A program made the position numbers and the translations under genes. A model generated the notes under the pieces. It saw only the letters and a list, made by a program, of their open reading frames with translations. It made no database searches and was not told where the DNA came from. Below, piece by piece: positions 1-9,059 of a stretch of DNA of 64,000 nucleotides. The first letter of the stretch is position 1. Each line of letters begins with the position of its first letter. Source of the DNA: Dokdonella sp. (GTDB lineage: Bacteria; Pseudomonadota; Gammaproteobacteria; Xanthomonadales; Rhodanobacteraceae); assembly GCA_039926025.1 (NCBI GenBank), contig JBDSXV010000089.1, positions 21,578-85,577 on the forward strand, given 5' to 3'.

Positions 1-225
1 GTTCTCGAACAGCAGAGTCTTCGGCAGGGTGCCGAAGTCTTTCTCGAGACGGCGCAGGATTTTCAGGACCAGAAACGAGTCGATCCCGAACTCGCGAAAC
101 GGCGTGAATGAATCGAACGGATGTTCAGCTGGATCCAGTGGCGGTTCAGCAGCTTCAAACGCTTCGAGAACTACGCCTCGCAGGTAAGTCTCAGTCAACT
201 CCTGCAGCAAATCGCGATCAACCAT
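1..225 (-). CDS. 5' end of a polyketide/non-ribosomal megasynthase gene that opens with a carrier-protein (ACP/PCP) domain. Partial; continues past the left edge.
   Basis: A reverse-strand ATG at 223-225 opens a frame with no stop down to position 1: MVDRDLLQELTETYLRGVVLEAFEAAEPPLDPAEHPFDSFTPFREFGIDSFLVLKILRRLEKDFGTLPKTLLFEN. It has a GIDS phosphopantetheine-attachment motif and an LLFE helix typical of PKS carrier domains. It is absent from the ORF track because it has no stop in the window. Confidence 0.6.
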   Translation of the reverse strand, partial: MVDRDLLQELTETYLRGVVLEAFEAAEPPLDPAEHPFDSFTPFREFGIDSFLVLKILRRLEKDFGTLPKTLLFEN

Positions 226-337
226 CTGACTCTCCCTATCAATTCCCTGTTACGACAACGCCCTGACCCGCTGGAGCGCTGAAGACGCGACTTTTGCACC
301 GGTCATCTTTTGCTAGCAACTGATGCGCTCGCTTGCG

Positions 338-369
338 AGCAAAGTGTGGAACTAGCAAAGTGTGGAACT
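338..369. repeat. Perfect tandem duplication of the 16-nt motif AGCAAAGTGTGGAACT in the divergent megasynthase/P450 promoter region; candidate regulator binding site.
   Basis: Read directly: ...gcgAGCAAAGTGTGGAACTAGCAAAGTGTGGAACTagta... It is preceded by the short palindrome gctcgcttgcgagc (327-340). Confidence 0.8.
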
Positions 370-712
370 AGTACAGCGTAAAGCTTATCCCCTGACAACC
401 TTGGGGTCAAGCGCGCAAACCGCGTGTGGATGCGGCCAGATCGACAACTCGACCCTCGGACAACAAGTGACAAAACCGCTCTGCACAAGCGCTCCAAATG
501 TGAGTTTGCATGTGGTGTTTTACACTGGCGTGACGGTTACTTCTACACGTGAGCGTGTGTCTGTTCTCGCTCCACGGTGAGAGAGCATCCGTTGTCTGGC
601 AAACGATGATGCGCCACTTCAACTACCTCGGGCGTCGGGCCGCGGAATGCCTTGCCAACGCAACATCAAATGCTAGACTATTCTGTCTTGACTTTTTGAA
701 AATTGGCGCGCA

Positions 713-2008
713 ATGGAAACTGCAACGCTTGTACCTACCCTTCCGAGCGAGATCACGGCGGCCCTCATTGATCCGAATGCGTACGCTGACCTGCAGCGCA
801 TTACCGACGCCTATACATGGCTGCGCGAGAACATGCCGCTTGGTGTGGCCCAATCGCGCGATTTCGATCCGTTCTGGGTGGTGACCAAGCACGCAGACAT
901 CCTTGAAGTCAGCAAGAACAACAAGGTTTTTCGTAACGGTGACCGTGCAACCATTTTGACCGATCAGTATACCGACGCGATGGTGCGCTACCTTCGCGAT
1001 GGCAGTCCGCACCTGGCGCGCACCCTGGCGCATATGGACGACCCGGATCACCGCAAATACCGCTCGCTGACCAGCAACTGGTTCATGGCATCCAATCTCG
1101 CGCGACGCGAAGCGGGTATTCGCGGCATCGCTCGCGAGTTCGTCGACAGCATGTTGGCACACGGCAGCGAATGCGATTTCGTCAAGGACGTCGCGGTGCA
1201 CTATCCGCTGCATGTGATCATGCAGATTCTCGGCGTACCCGTCGAAGACGAGCCGCTGATGCTGAAGCTGACGAAGCAGGTGTTCGGCAATCTCGACGAA
1301 GATCTCAACCGCACCGGCAAGGCCAAACAGACTGCCGAACAAGCCTTGATGGGACTTAGCGGCGCGGTGGAGACTTTCTTCAAATATTTCGACGTGATCA
1401 CCCGCGATCGCCGCGCGAACCCGCGCGACGACCTCGCCACCATCATCGCGAACGGCCTCATCGACGGCGAGCCAATCGGCAACTTCGAAGCGATGTCGTA
1501 TTACTCGCTGGTGGCGACCGCCGGCCACGATACGGTCAGTGCATCGACCGCTGGCGCAATTTCGGCGTTATGCGAATACCCGGAAGAGCTTGCCAAGGTG
1601 CAGGCCAATCCAGCACTGATTCCCGGTCTCGTCGAAGAAGCGATTCGCTGGACCAGTCCCGTGCGCCACTTCATGCGCACCGCCTCGGCCGACTACCGCA
1701 TGCGCGATCAGGATATCCGCGAAGGCGACTGGTTGATGCTGTGCTATTTCTCCGGGGACCGCGACGAAGAGGTGTTTGAAGATCCGTTCCGCTTCCGCAT
1801 CGATCGCACGCCGAACAAGCAACTCGCGTTCGGCTTCGGTGGCCATATGTGTCTGGGCCAGCATCTGGCTCGAATGGAAATGCGCGTGTTCTTCGAAGAA
1901 CTGTTGCCGCGCATCAAGTCACTGTCGATGGCTGGCAAAGCCGCTCACTCCAAGGCGGTATTCGTCGGCGGCCTCAAGTCGCTGCCGATACGATTCGAAG
2001 CGGCGTGA
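713..2008 (+). CDS. cytochrome P450 monooxygenase
   Basis: 431 aa. Heme-thiolate loop FGFGGHMCLGQHLA, ExxR (EEAIRW), and I-helix ATAGHDTV. Confidence 0.93.
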   Translation: METATLVPTLPSEITAALIDPNAYADLQRITDAYTWLRENMPLGVAQSRDFDPFWVVTKHADILEVSKNNKVFRNGDRATILTDQYTDAMVRYLRDGSPHLARTLAHMDDPDHRKYRSLTSNWFMASNLARREAGIRGIAREFVDSMLAHGSECDFVKDVAVHYPLHVIMQILGVPVEDEPLMLKLTKQVFGNLDEDLNRTGKAKQTAEQALMGLSGAVETFFKYFDVITRDRRANPRDDLATIIANGLIDGEPIGNFEAMSYYSLVATAGHDTVSASTAGAISALCEYPEELAKVQANPALIPGLVEEAIRWTSPVRHFMRTASADYRMRDQDIREGDWLMLCYFSGDRDEEVFEDPFRFRIDRTPNKQLAFGFGGHMCLGQHLARMEMRVFFEELLPRIKSLSMAGKAAHSKAVFVGGLKSLPIRFEAA

Positions 2009-2055
2009 TCCAACTGACGATGCGCTGCGTCGCAATCGGCGCTGCGCAACGCAGT

Positions 2056-2889
2056 TCATTCCCAGGGAAATAGCCCGTCCTGTATGTAGCGCGAGATCGC
2101 GCGCAGATTTTGTTCGTCCGTGAACACTTCCAAGTTGCCCGCGACTGCCGCCGCGCGGTATGCCGCCAACGGCGATCCGAGTTTCGCGGCGTAGCTCTTG
2201 TAACGCGCCAGTGCCGTGCGCGACAAACGCCGCAGACGCACTACATGGCGGCGCAACAGCGGTTCGCCCTGCGCTTCGCAGGCATCGACCAGACCCCAGT
2301 CCAATGCAATTTTCGCGGAGATCGTCTGCGCGTTCAAAGTGAGGTAATGCGCTTTCTGAAAGCCGATGCGGCGCATGAGGAACGGCAGCACACATGCCGG
2401 ATACAGGCCGAACAGTAACTCGGACAAACTGAACTGGGCACATTCGTCGGCCAATACGATATCACTGGCGCCGATGAAACCCAGGCCGCCGGCGTTGGCT
2501 TTGCCTCGCACGTAGGAAATCACGATGAACGGCCCGGTGGCGAGTCTGAGCCAAAGGTCGTACATCGGTCCAGGCCCTTCATATGCTGCATGCGCCGGCG
2601 CGCAGCCAGTGGTCACTTCCTTGAAATCAGCGCCGAAGCAGAACACGTCCGACAAGCCGCTGAGCACAACGACGCTGATCGATGGTTCGCATGCGTCGAG
2701 CACGTGAGTGCATTCAGCGACGAGTTGTGCGTTGATGGCGTTGTTCGCGTCAGGACGGTGGAATTGCAGATAGCAGACCGAATCCTCGAAGCGTACTTTG
2801 ATGGTTTCCAAATGCGCGAAGTCCGGGCTTGGCTCGGCTATCGACGTAGTCATGCGATGAAACTCCTGCTCGTGTGAGTATCGCGGCAT
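2056..2889 (-). CDS. enoyl-CoA hydratase/isomerase (crotonase) family protein, resembling polyketide beta-branching ECH1 (PksH/CurE type)
   Basis: 277 aa. Crotonase oxyanion region SGLSDVFCFGADFKE, and a C-terminal ...GLFPWE tail as in PKS-associated ECH1 proteins. It starts 8 nt after the KS stop. An alternative start at 2853 (MTTSIAE) has a GGAG upstream. Confidence 0.8.
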   Translation of the reverse strand: MPRYSHEQEFHRMTTSIAEPSPDFAHLETIKVRFEDSVCYLQFHRPDANNAINAQLVAECTHVLDACEPSISVVVLSGLSDVFCFGADFKEVTTGCAPAHAAYEGPGPMYDLWLRLATGPFIVISYVRGKANAGGLGFIGASDIVLADECAQFSLSELLFGLYPACVLPFLMRRIGFQKAHYLTLNAQTISAKIALDWGLVDACEAQGEPLLRRHVVRLRRLSRTALARYKSYAAKLGSPLAAYRAAAVAGNLEVFTDEQNLRAISRYIQDGLFPWE

Positions 2890-2896
2890 CGCCGCC

Positions 2897-4117
2897 TCAG
2901 GGACAACGTTGCCAGCACAGCGCGGTATTCATGCCACCGAATCCCATGCTCAAGGTGAGTGCGTTTTCGATCTGGTGCGAAGTGCCCGCGGGGTCCACCC
3001 AGCGCAGGTATGGATCGATCGGATTGTCGAGGTTGCGCGTCGGGTGCAGGCGGCCTGCGCGCATTTGCAGCAGAGTGGCGATGATCTCCACTGCGCCAGC
3101 GGCGCTGAGACCATGCCCGACCAGCGACTTGGTCGCGTTGAGATGGACATGGCCCAAGCCGCATTCGCGCAACGCGCCCAATTCGGTCTCGTCACCGACG
3201 ATAGACCCGGTGCCGTGAGGATTGACATAGTCGATCGCCGCGGCAGCGCAGCCAGAGTGCGCAAGCGCGGCGCGAATCGCCCGCGTTTCGCCTTGCAACG
3301 ACGGATCGGGATTGCGGTTGCCGTCCATCGCCAGTCCCCATCCCGCCAGCGCGGCATATGGCTTGGCCGCGCGACGTCGACTGGATTCCAGAGATTCGAT
3401 CACAAGGGCGCCGGAACATTCGCCATAGATGAAACCGTCATGATCGCGGTCGAACGGACGACAAGCCAGTTCTGGCGTTGCGGCGAAGCGGTCCGAGCCC
3501 ATCGCACCAATTGCGCGAAAGCCCTGGCATTCCCAGTACGACAGATCCATCAATGCGCCGACGGCAATGCACGCATCGACTTGTCCTGACGACACCGCCT
3601 GCGCCGCTTGGATGACCGCAAGTTGACCGCTCGCGGACGCGCCACCGACGGTATAGGCCAACCCCTGTATGCCAAAATGCGCCGTGCAGAATCCGCACAG
3701 ATCCGAATCCATGAACGACAAGGCGTAGGTTGGCCGCAGGAACGCGATGCGTTCGCGGTAACTGTCATGCACATTGACCAGCTCCCGCTGTTGCACATTG
3801 GAACCGCCGACGATCATGCCTACGCGATGCGGATCGAGCTGGCCGAGGTCTGCCTCGTCCCAGGCCTCCTGCACAACCGTCAATGCCGTCGTCGCCGATA
3901 GCGAGGCGGTACGCAGAACCTGCTTCGGAATACTGTCCGGCACCACGAGTGCGGCGATTTCTGCGCCCAGGACAGGTGAGTCCTCGCGGCGGCGGCCGGG
4001 ACGTTGCATCACGCCAAACGCGCTGCTCCCAGCCAACAGGGCGGCCGTGAAGGGCTGCTTGCCTTGCCCGATGGCCGACACCACGCCCATACCGGTTACA
4101 ACCAGGTCCGTAGCCAT
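2897..4117 (-). CDS. beta-ketoacyl synthase family protein with active-site Cys replaced by Ser (KS-S type, predicted decarboxylase rather than condensing enzyme)
   Basis: 406 aa. The position of the DTACSSS Cys reads TVGGASASGQ (Ser), while both catalytic His motifs are kept (NPHGTGS, KSLVGHGLSAAG). GGAG lies 7 nt upstream of the ATG. Confidence 0.85.
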   Translation of the reverse strand: MATDLVVTGMGVVSAIGQGKQPFTAALLAGSSAFGVMQRPGRRREDSPVLGAEIAALVVPDSIPKQVLRTASLSATTALTVVQEAWDEADLGQLDPHRVGMIVGGSNVQQRELVNVHDSYRERIAFLRPTYALSFMDSDLCGFCTAHFGIQGLAYTVGGASASGQLAVIQAAQAVSSGQVDACIAVGALMDLSYWECQGFRAIGAMGSDRFAATPELACRPFDRDHDGFIYGECSGALVIESLESSRRRAAKPYAALAGWGLAMDGNRNPDPSLQGETRAIRAALAHSGCAAAAIDYVNPHGTGSIVGDETELGALRECGLGHVHLNATKSLVGHGLSAAGAVEIIATLLQMRAGRLHPTRNLDNPIDPYLRWVDPAGTSHQIENALTLSMGFGGMNTALCWQRCP

Positions 4118-4604
4118 CCATGCGCTCCGTCAATAGCTTTGTCGCGAAGGTCGTATGACCCACAGCCCCGCAGTGTGCGGGGAAGCCTGCTACATGCGCA
4201 AGAAGAGTGAAACGTCGATTCTGCGCATCGCGAAGATCGATCTATTCGCGCACGACATGCGCGGTGCAGCCGATCTAATGGGCCGTCGAAGACGGATACG
4301 GCCGCTCGATATCGACTGCTGATGTCAGGATCAGCGAAACTGGAACTGAGAGTCACGAAAAAAAAATAGGATTTGTGCGGTTGATGCGTTGGTCAATTCC
4401 CTATCCTGTTGGCGACGAACCGACCGGGGTTTTTGCACGCGGCTCTGCCAGCTCTCTAAAAGCCTGTCGAGAAGTTCGGTCCTATCCAGACGGCGATAGC
4501 CTGTTTCTATCGCCGGCGGAATGGTGGTCGAGTGAGGTCGAGTAATATCTGCTCAAACCATGCGACACCGGACGCACGTTTGCAAAGGTCGGTGACGGAT
4601 CCCA

Positions 4605-4912
4605 TCATTGGCCGATATCGCCGAGTCGAATCAGGTTGTAGCCGGCGAAGGTCCATATCGTCCATTCGCGAACGGCACTCAGCCCACCCGCGACACCGCG
4701 CAATCCTCTGATCGTCTTGATCCAGCTAAAACCTTGCTAGATGGGTTTACGCACCTGCTCGCTCATCGCGTACCCGTTGCTGCGCACACTGCGTCCGTCG
4801 ATCGTGCTGCGCTGGCCGTTGATGTTGCGGGCGACGTGCGGGACGGGTGCGACCCTGTTTGAGTGCCGCTCCAAGTCATGTGTGTCGAAGCCCTTGTCCG
4901 CGCCAAGCGTCC
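4605..4912 (-). pseudogene. IS5-family (DDE_Tnp_1 type) transposase relic: C-terminal part only, with an in-frame stop
   Basis: The reverse frame reads ...GADKGFDTHDL...IDGRSVRSNGYAMSEQVRKPI*QGFSWIKTIRGLRGVAGGLSAVREWTIWTFAGYNLIRLGDIGQ*. It has the ADKGxD DDE box and the GFxWIKT...AYNLIRL tail typical of IS5-group transposases. It is 5'-truncated at the kinase stop, and a TAG sits where homologues have Glu. Confidence 0.7.
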
Positions 4913-4914
4913 TG

Positions 4915-6273
4915 CTAGGTGGCCTTCGACAACGGCACGCACAATCGCGCCACAGCGCCCGCCGCGTCCGCCCGGTTTTCCAGTGTGACCTGGCCGTGAT
5001 GCCTCGCGGCGATTTTGCGGCACAGTACCAGGCCGACACCAGCACCACCGGGCTTGGTTGTGTAGAACGGCACGAAAAGATTGTCGGAATTCCGGATACC
5101 GGCGCCGTTATCGATGATCTCGAACTCGGCGTTGCCGTCGACGACACGGCAACCGAAGCGCACCGGCGCCTCATTGCTGTCGTTGGCCTCGACCGCGTTC
5201 TTGACTAGGTTGATCAACGCCTGCTCCAGATGCACCGGATCGCCGAACAGTTTTGCTTCTGGCTCGTCGCCGACGCGCTCAACAACGCCACCGGGAAAGA
5301 TGGCCAATACCCGCTGCATCAGCCGCGAAGCCGGGAACACGACTTTCTGCGGCTCAGGCAGGCGCGCGATGCGCGCATAGACCGAAATGAATTCCTTGAG
5401 CCCTCTCGCACGCTGCGAGATCACATCTAATCCATCGCGCATGACACTCATATGTTGCGCGGCGTCGCCGCGGGCGATGACGTTTTCCAAGGTCTGACAC
5501 AGCGACATGATCGGTGTCAGGGAATTGTTGACCTCATGGCTGATCACGCGGATTAATCGTTGCCATACCAGGATTTCTTCTTCCGCCAACGCCATGCGTA
5601 GATCGACGATGAATACGATGCGGCTGGGTCTACCCTGACGCCGATAGAACTGCTGACTGACTTGCCAACGGCTCTCGGCGCCGGGAAAGCGGAAATCTAC
5701 GACGCGTGGTTCGGCCGAGAACGGAATCGCGGCGAGCGGCGTGGCTGCGAAGTCGGTCCCGATCAATTTGTCTGCCGGCGTGCGCAATAGTTGCGCGGCG
5801 AGTGGATTGACTAGACGGATACGGTCGTAGGCATCGCAGGCGACGATCGCGACACTGATCTGGTCGACGACCTTTTGCAGCATACCCAGCAACTCTTGCT
5901 CGGTATGCCGGCCGGCCTCGAGATCGCCGATCAGCATGTTGAGCTGGCGATACAGATCGGCCAGTTCCCCCGATTCACGCGCGTGCGCCGCCTTGATGCT
6001 GTAGTCCTGCGCGCGCGCCGCTTCAACGAGATTGCTCAGTGCGCGTAAGCGCCGCATCAGGTTGGTGCGGACCGTTACGGCGACGATGGCGATCCACGCG
6101 ATGCAGAGCAACGCCAGACCCTCCGCCAGCCTCTTCGACAACGCATCTTCGACCGCTAGCAAGCACAACAAAGCCGGAGGAATAGCGCAACTCAAGATCC
6201 ACAGAAACAGGTTCACGCTCGCCGGCAGCCTCCGCCGCGGCGGTGCGCTGCTCGAACGCGCGCCCTGGATCAC
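4915..6273 (-). CDS. sensor histidine kinase (NtrY/AtoS-like; membrane-anchored, PAS plus HisKA plus HATPase)
   Basis: 452 aa. N-terminal hydrophobic segments, H-box ISHEVNNSLTPIMS, N-box NLVKNAVEA, G-boxes DNGAGI and GGAGVGL. It has a 4-nt ATGA overlap with the upstream regulator gene. Confidence 0.85.
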   Translation of the reverse strand: MIQGARSSSAPPRRRLPASVNLFLWILSCAIPPALLCLLAVEDALSKRLAEGLALLCIAWIAIVAVTVRTNLMRRLRALSNLVEAARAQDYSIKAAHARESGELADLYRQLNMLIGDLEAGRHTEQELLGMLQKVVDQISVAIVACDAYDRIRLVNPLAAQLLRTPADKLIGTDFAATPLAAIPFSAEPRVVDFRFPGAESRWQVSQQFYRRQGRPSRIVFIVDLRMALAEEEILVWQRLIRVISHEVNNSLTPIMSLCQTLENVIARGDAAQHMSVMRDGLDVISQRARGLKEFISVYARIARLPEPQKVVFPASRLMQRVLAIFPGGVVERVGDEPEAKLFGDPVHLEQALINLVKNAVEANDSNEAPVRFGCRVVDGNAEFEIIDNGAGIRNSDNLFVPFYTTKPGGAGVGLVLCRKIAARHHGQVTLENRADAAGAVARLCVPLSKAT

Positions 6274-7634
6274 ATCGGTTCCCGCTTGCCAAGGCGCCGG
6301 TACAGCGCCGAACGACTGATACCGAGCTCTTTCGCTGCGACCGCTGCATTGTCGTCGTGCCGTACCAGCGAACGCCGAATCAGTGCCAACTCGGCATGAC
6401 GCAAGGTCATGCCATCGAACTCATCGTCGACTGAAGGGGCCGGCGTCGTTCGCGTATCCAGCTGCAGATCCTGCACGCCGATCTGCGCCTGTTGCGCCAA
6501 CAGCACCGAACGTTCGACCACGTGCTGCAGTTCGCGGATATTGCCTGGCCACGCGTAGTTTTCCAGCGCTGCGCGCGCACCGGCGGAAAACGTGCGCGCG
6601 TGCGAACTGTAGTGCTGGCAGGCGCGGGCCAGAAAATTTTCTGCAAGCAGCAATATGTCTTCACGACGCTGGCGCAACGCCGGCACATTCAAGGTCACGC
6701 CGTTCAGTCGATAAAGCAGATCCTGGCGGAAATTTCGCTCCGCCACGAGACTGTCGAGATTGGCATTGGTCGCGGAAATGAAGCGCACGCTCGCGCGCTT
6801 GGTGAACGAGCTGCCGAGCTTTTCGTAGCTTCGCTCTTCCAGCAGTCGCAGGATCTTGGCTTGCTGGGTCAATGGCAGATTGGCGATTTCGTCGAAGAAC
6901 AGCGTGCCTTGATCAGCCAGTTCGACGCGGCCCACTCGCTCGCTCTTGGCATCGGTATAGGCCCCTTTGGTGTGGCCGAACATTTCGCTTTCGAAGGTCG
7001 ATTCCGAGATCGCACCCATGTTGACGCTGATGAAGGGCGCGGTCGCGCGGTTGGAATGCCGATGGACGTAGCTCGCCAGCAGGCCTTTGCCGCTGCCGTT
7101 CTCGCCGGTGATCAAGATGGGTATGGAGCTTTGCGCGACACGGCGCGCCATCGACAGCAACTGATCCATTTCCACCGAGCGCGAGAGCAATTCGACGCCA
7201 CTGCCCTGCTGACGCAACAGCGCATTCTCCGCACTGAGCTTGCGTTCGCGGCCCTGCGCTGCGCGCAGCGCAAGCTGGGTGCGGATGGTCGACAGCAATC
7301 GGTTGTTCTCCCAGGGCTTCTCGACGAAATCCGCTGCGCCGAGCTGCATCGCTTCGACCGCGATACCGATCGTGCCCCAACCGGTCATCGCGATCACGGG
7401 TAGGTCTTCACCCCCCTCGCGCAAGGCGGCGATCAGTGCCAGCCCTTCCTTGCCCGAGGTCGTGTCTTCCACATAGTTGAGGTCCACCAGTGCCAGCTGA
7501 AAGGCCTCGCGTCGGGTCGCCGCGACCGCGTCAGCCGGCGAGCGACAGGCTGTACAAGCCATTCCTTCGCTTTGGAGCAGAACGCGCAGCGCAGTCAGAA
7601 CGCTTTCGTCGTCATCGACTATCAGTATTGCCAT
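6270..7634 (-). CDS. sigma54-dependent response regulator (NtrC family: REC + AAA+ + Fis-type HTH)
   Basis: The likely start is MAILIVDDDESV (ATG at 7632-7634; the ORF track extends to 7703). Walker A GENGSGKG; the sigma54-contact loop reads GAYTDA (canonical GAFTGA); C-terminal HTH AAKELGISRSALYRRL. Confidence 0.9.
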   Translation of the reverse strand: MAILIVDDDESVLTALRVLLQSEGMACTACRSPADAVAATRREAFQLALVDLNYVEDTTSGKEGLALIAALREGGEDLPVIAMTGWGTIGIAVEAMQLGAADFVEKPWENNRLLSTIRTQLALRAAQGRERKLSAENALLRQQGSGVELLSRSVEMDQLLSMARRVAQSSIPILITGENGSGKGLLASYVHRHSNRATAPFISVNMGAISESTFESEMFGHTKGAYTDAKSERVGRVELADQGTLFFDEIANLPLTQQAKILRLLEERSYEKLGSSFTKRASVRFISATNANLDSLVAERNFRQDLLYRLNGVTLNVPALRQRREDILLLAENFLARACQHYSSHARTFSAGARAALENYAWPGNIRELQHVVERSVLLAQQAQIGVQDLQLDTRTTPAPSVDDEFDGMTLRHAELALIRRSLVRHDDNAAVAAKELGISRSALYRRLGKREPM

Positions 7635-8059
7635 CGCCTGCTTTCTGCCGCTTCGTTTGCACCATCTGTCGCCGTGAACGATCTGTCCATCTGCGCGGCG
7701 CAACTCGAACGCCTGCGATCGCCCCGAGTATAGCAGCGGCCCGACAGCACGCTGGACGGCTTAACCGCAACGTTCCGTCCCCTGGCGGATTATCCCGCGT
7801 GCACGCAACGCTGCTGTGTCGAGCGGATGCGCGCCTCGGTCGAATGCCCTGACACGCTGACAATTTCACCGCGGCACGCTGGCGAATCTGACGAGCGAAC
7901 TCGGAGCTACCCAGCGCCGGACAGTTCCATCCATGCGGCGGCGGAACGTACGCCGAAATAAGGCCGATGCGCGGCCGATAGAAGGTGATAATCGTCTTCG
8001 CGTCGAGTACGCGATGATGCGTTGACGTGGATACCCGACACGGCAATGATGCGCCGGAT

Positions 8060-9046
8060 TCAGGCGCGCCCAAGCTGCTGCGGCCAGCCGGCTTCAAGTG
8101 CGTTGAAGCGCGTCTGATCGTTGCCGAACGGGCTCAGTATTGCGTGGATCGATGGCTTGCGTTCGGTCGGCAACAGATAACGCAGAAACGTGGCCAGGGT
8201 GCCGGACGGACCGAGATCGATGTAGTTGCAGACATGCTCGCGCTCGAGCATTTCCACAGCGGCGCCAAATCGAATCGGCCTGCGTACCGCCTGCCAGAAG
8301 AAACCCTCAGGCAAAGCATCGAGTACCGCAGCCTGAGCGCAGCAGACCAGCGGCATCGTGCCACCGTCTGTGCCCAAAGATCGCGCGAACGAATCGAACG
8401 GTGTATGCGCCTCGTCGATCCAGCGCGAATGGAATGCGAAGGCCACCGGCAACCGCTGGAACGCGATCTGGCTCGCGTTGAGGCGTTGTTCGACCTCGAC
8501 CGCACGGTCGTGCGTCGTCGAAACCACGAAATGCGAGGCGAAATTAACCCCCGCGAGTTCGGCCAATTCGCTCAGCCGTTCACGTTCGAAAACCGCGGTG
8601 TCGGCTAGCACGGCAATTAGCGTTCCTGGCTCGCAACAGGCTTCCAGCGCGGCGGCTTGTTGGATCACCGCAGCCAAAGCCTGCTCCGCATCGATGAAAC
8701 CGGCCATCGTGGCTGCGGCGAATGATCCCAGACTCGCACCTAGGCACAGATCCGGCTTGATGCCGGCAGCGATCAGCGTCTGCGCCAGCGCGTATTCGAC
8801 CATGAAGATCGCTGGATGGGTGAGTTCCAACGCATCGAACGCTGCGGACTGTTGGTTCGCATCTGCGTACAACACCTCGATCACCGATCGCCCTGCAAGC
8901 TCGCGCACGATCGCGTCCAGACAAGTCATTTCGGTGCGGAACAGCGCGTTGTGGTCAAACAGGGCGCGTCCCATCTGGAAATGGTGCGACCCCTGCCCGG
9001 AAAACAGGAATACCGTTTTCTTCACCAAAGATCCTCGTACGTGCAC
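8060..9046 (-). CDS. free-standing acyltransferase (malonyl-CoA:ACP transacylase family, trans-AT candidate)
   Basis: 328 aa. FLFSGQGS, nucleophile elbow GASLGS (usual GHSLG), and an FAFHS motif of the malonyl-type xAFHS class. It starts 13 nt after the ALDH stop. Confidence 0.85.
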   Translation of the reverse strand: MHVRGSLVKKTVFLFSGQGSHHFQMGRALFDHNALFRTEMTCLDAIVRELAGRSVIEVLYADANQQSAAFDALELTHPAIFMVEYALAQTLIAAGIKPDLCLGASLGSFAAATMAGFIDAEQALAAVIQQAAALEACCEPGTLIAVLADTAVFERERLSELAELAGVNFASHFVVSTTHDRAVEVEQRLNASQIAFQRLPVAFAFHSRWIDEAHTPFDSFARSLGTDGGTMPLVCCAQAAVLDALPEGFFWQAVRRPIRFGAAVEMLEREHVCNYIDLGPSGTLATFLRYLLPTERKPSIHAILSPFGNDQTRFNALEAGWPQQLGRA

Positions 9047-9059
9047 GAACGGTTCGCGA

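Noticed and set aside
4358-4366. An A9 homopolymer, with a second A9 at 14787-14795, each near an IS relic. These were considered as possible slippage sites or IS-end signatures.
   Set aside because: Neither lies in an intact coding frame, no flanking sequence is shared between the two sites, and two A9 runs in 64 kb could be chance.
4434-4450. Sigma54-like element on the minus strand upstream of the KS gene: TGGCAGAGCCGCGTGCA.
   Set aside because: The GG-to-GC spacing is 11 nt instead of the invariant 10, and the -24 box is TGGCAG. It lies about 320 nt from the start codon. It is too weak to call.
7612-8097. A 161-aa minus-strand ORF filling the gap between the acyltransferase and the sigma54 regulator.
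   Set aside because: It overlaps the regulator's 5' end and the AT 3' end. Its composition is Arg/Ala/Pro-rich with no motif. It is more likely the promoter region of the two-component operon.
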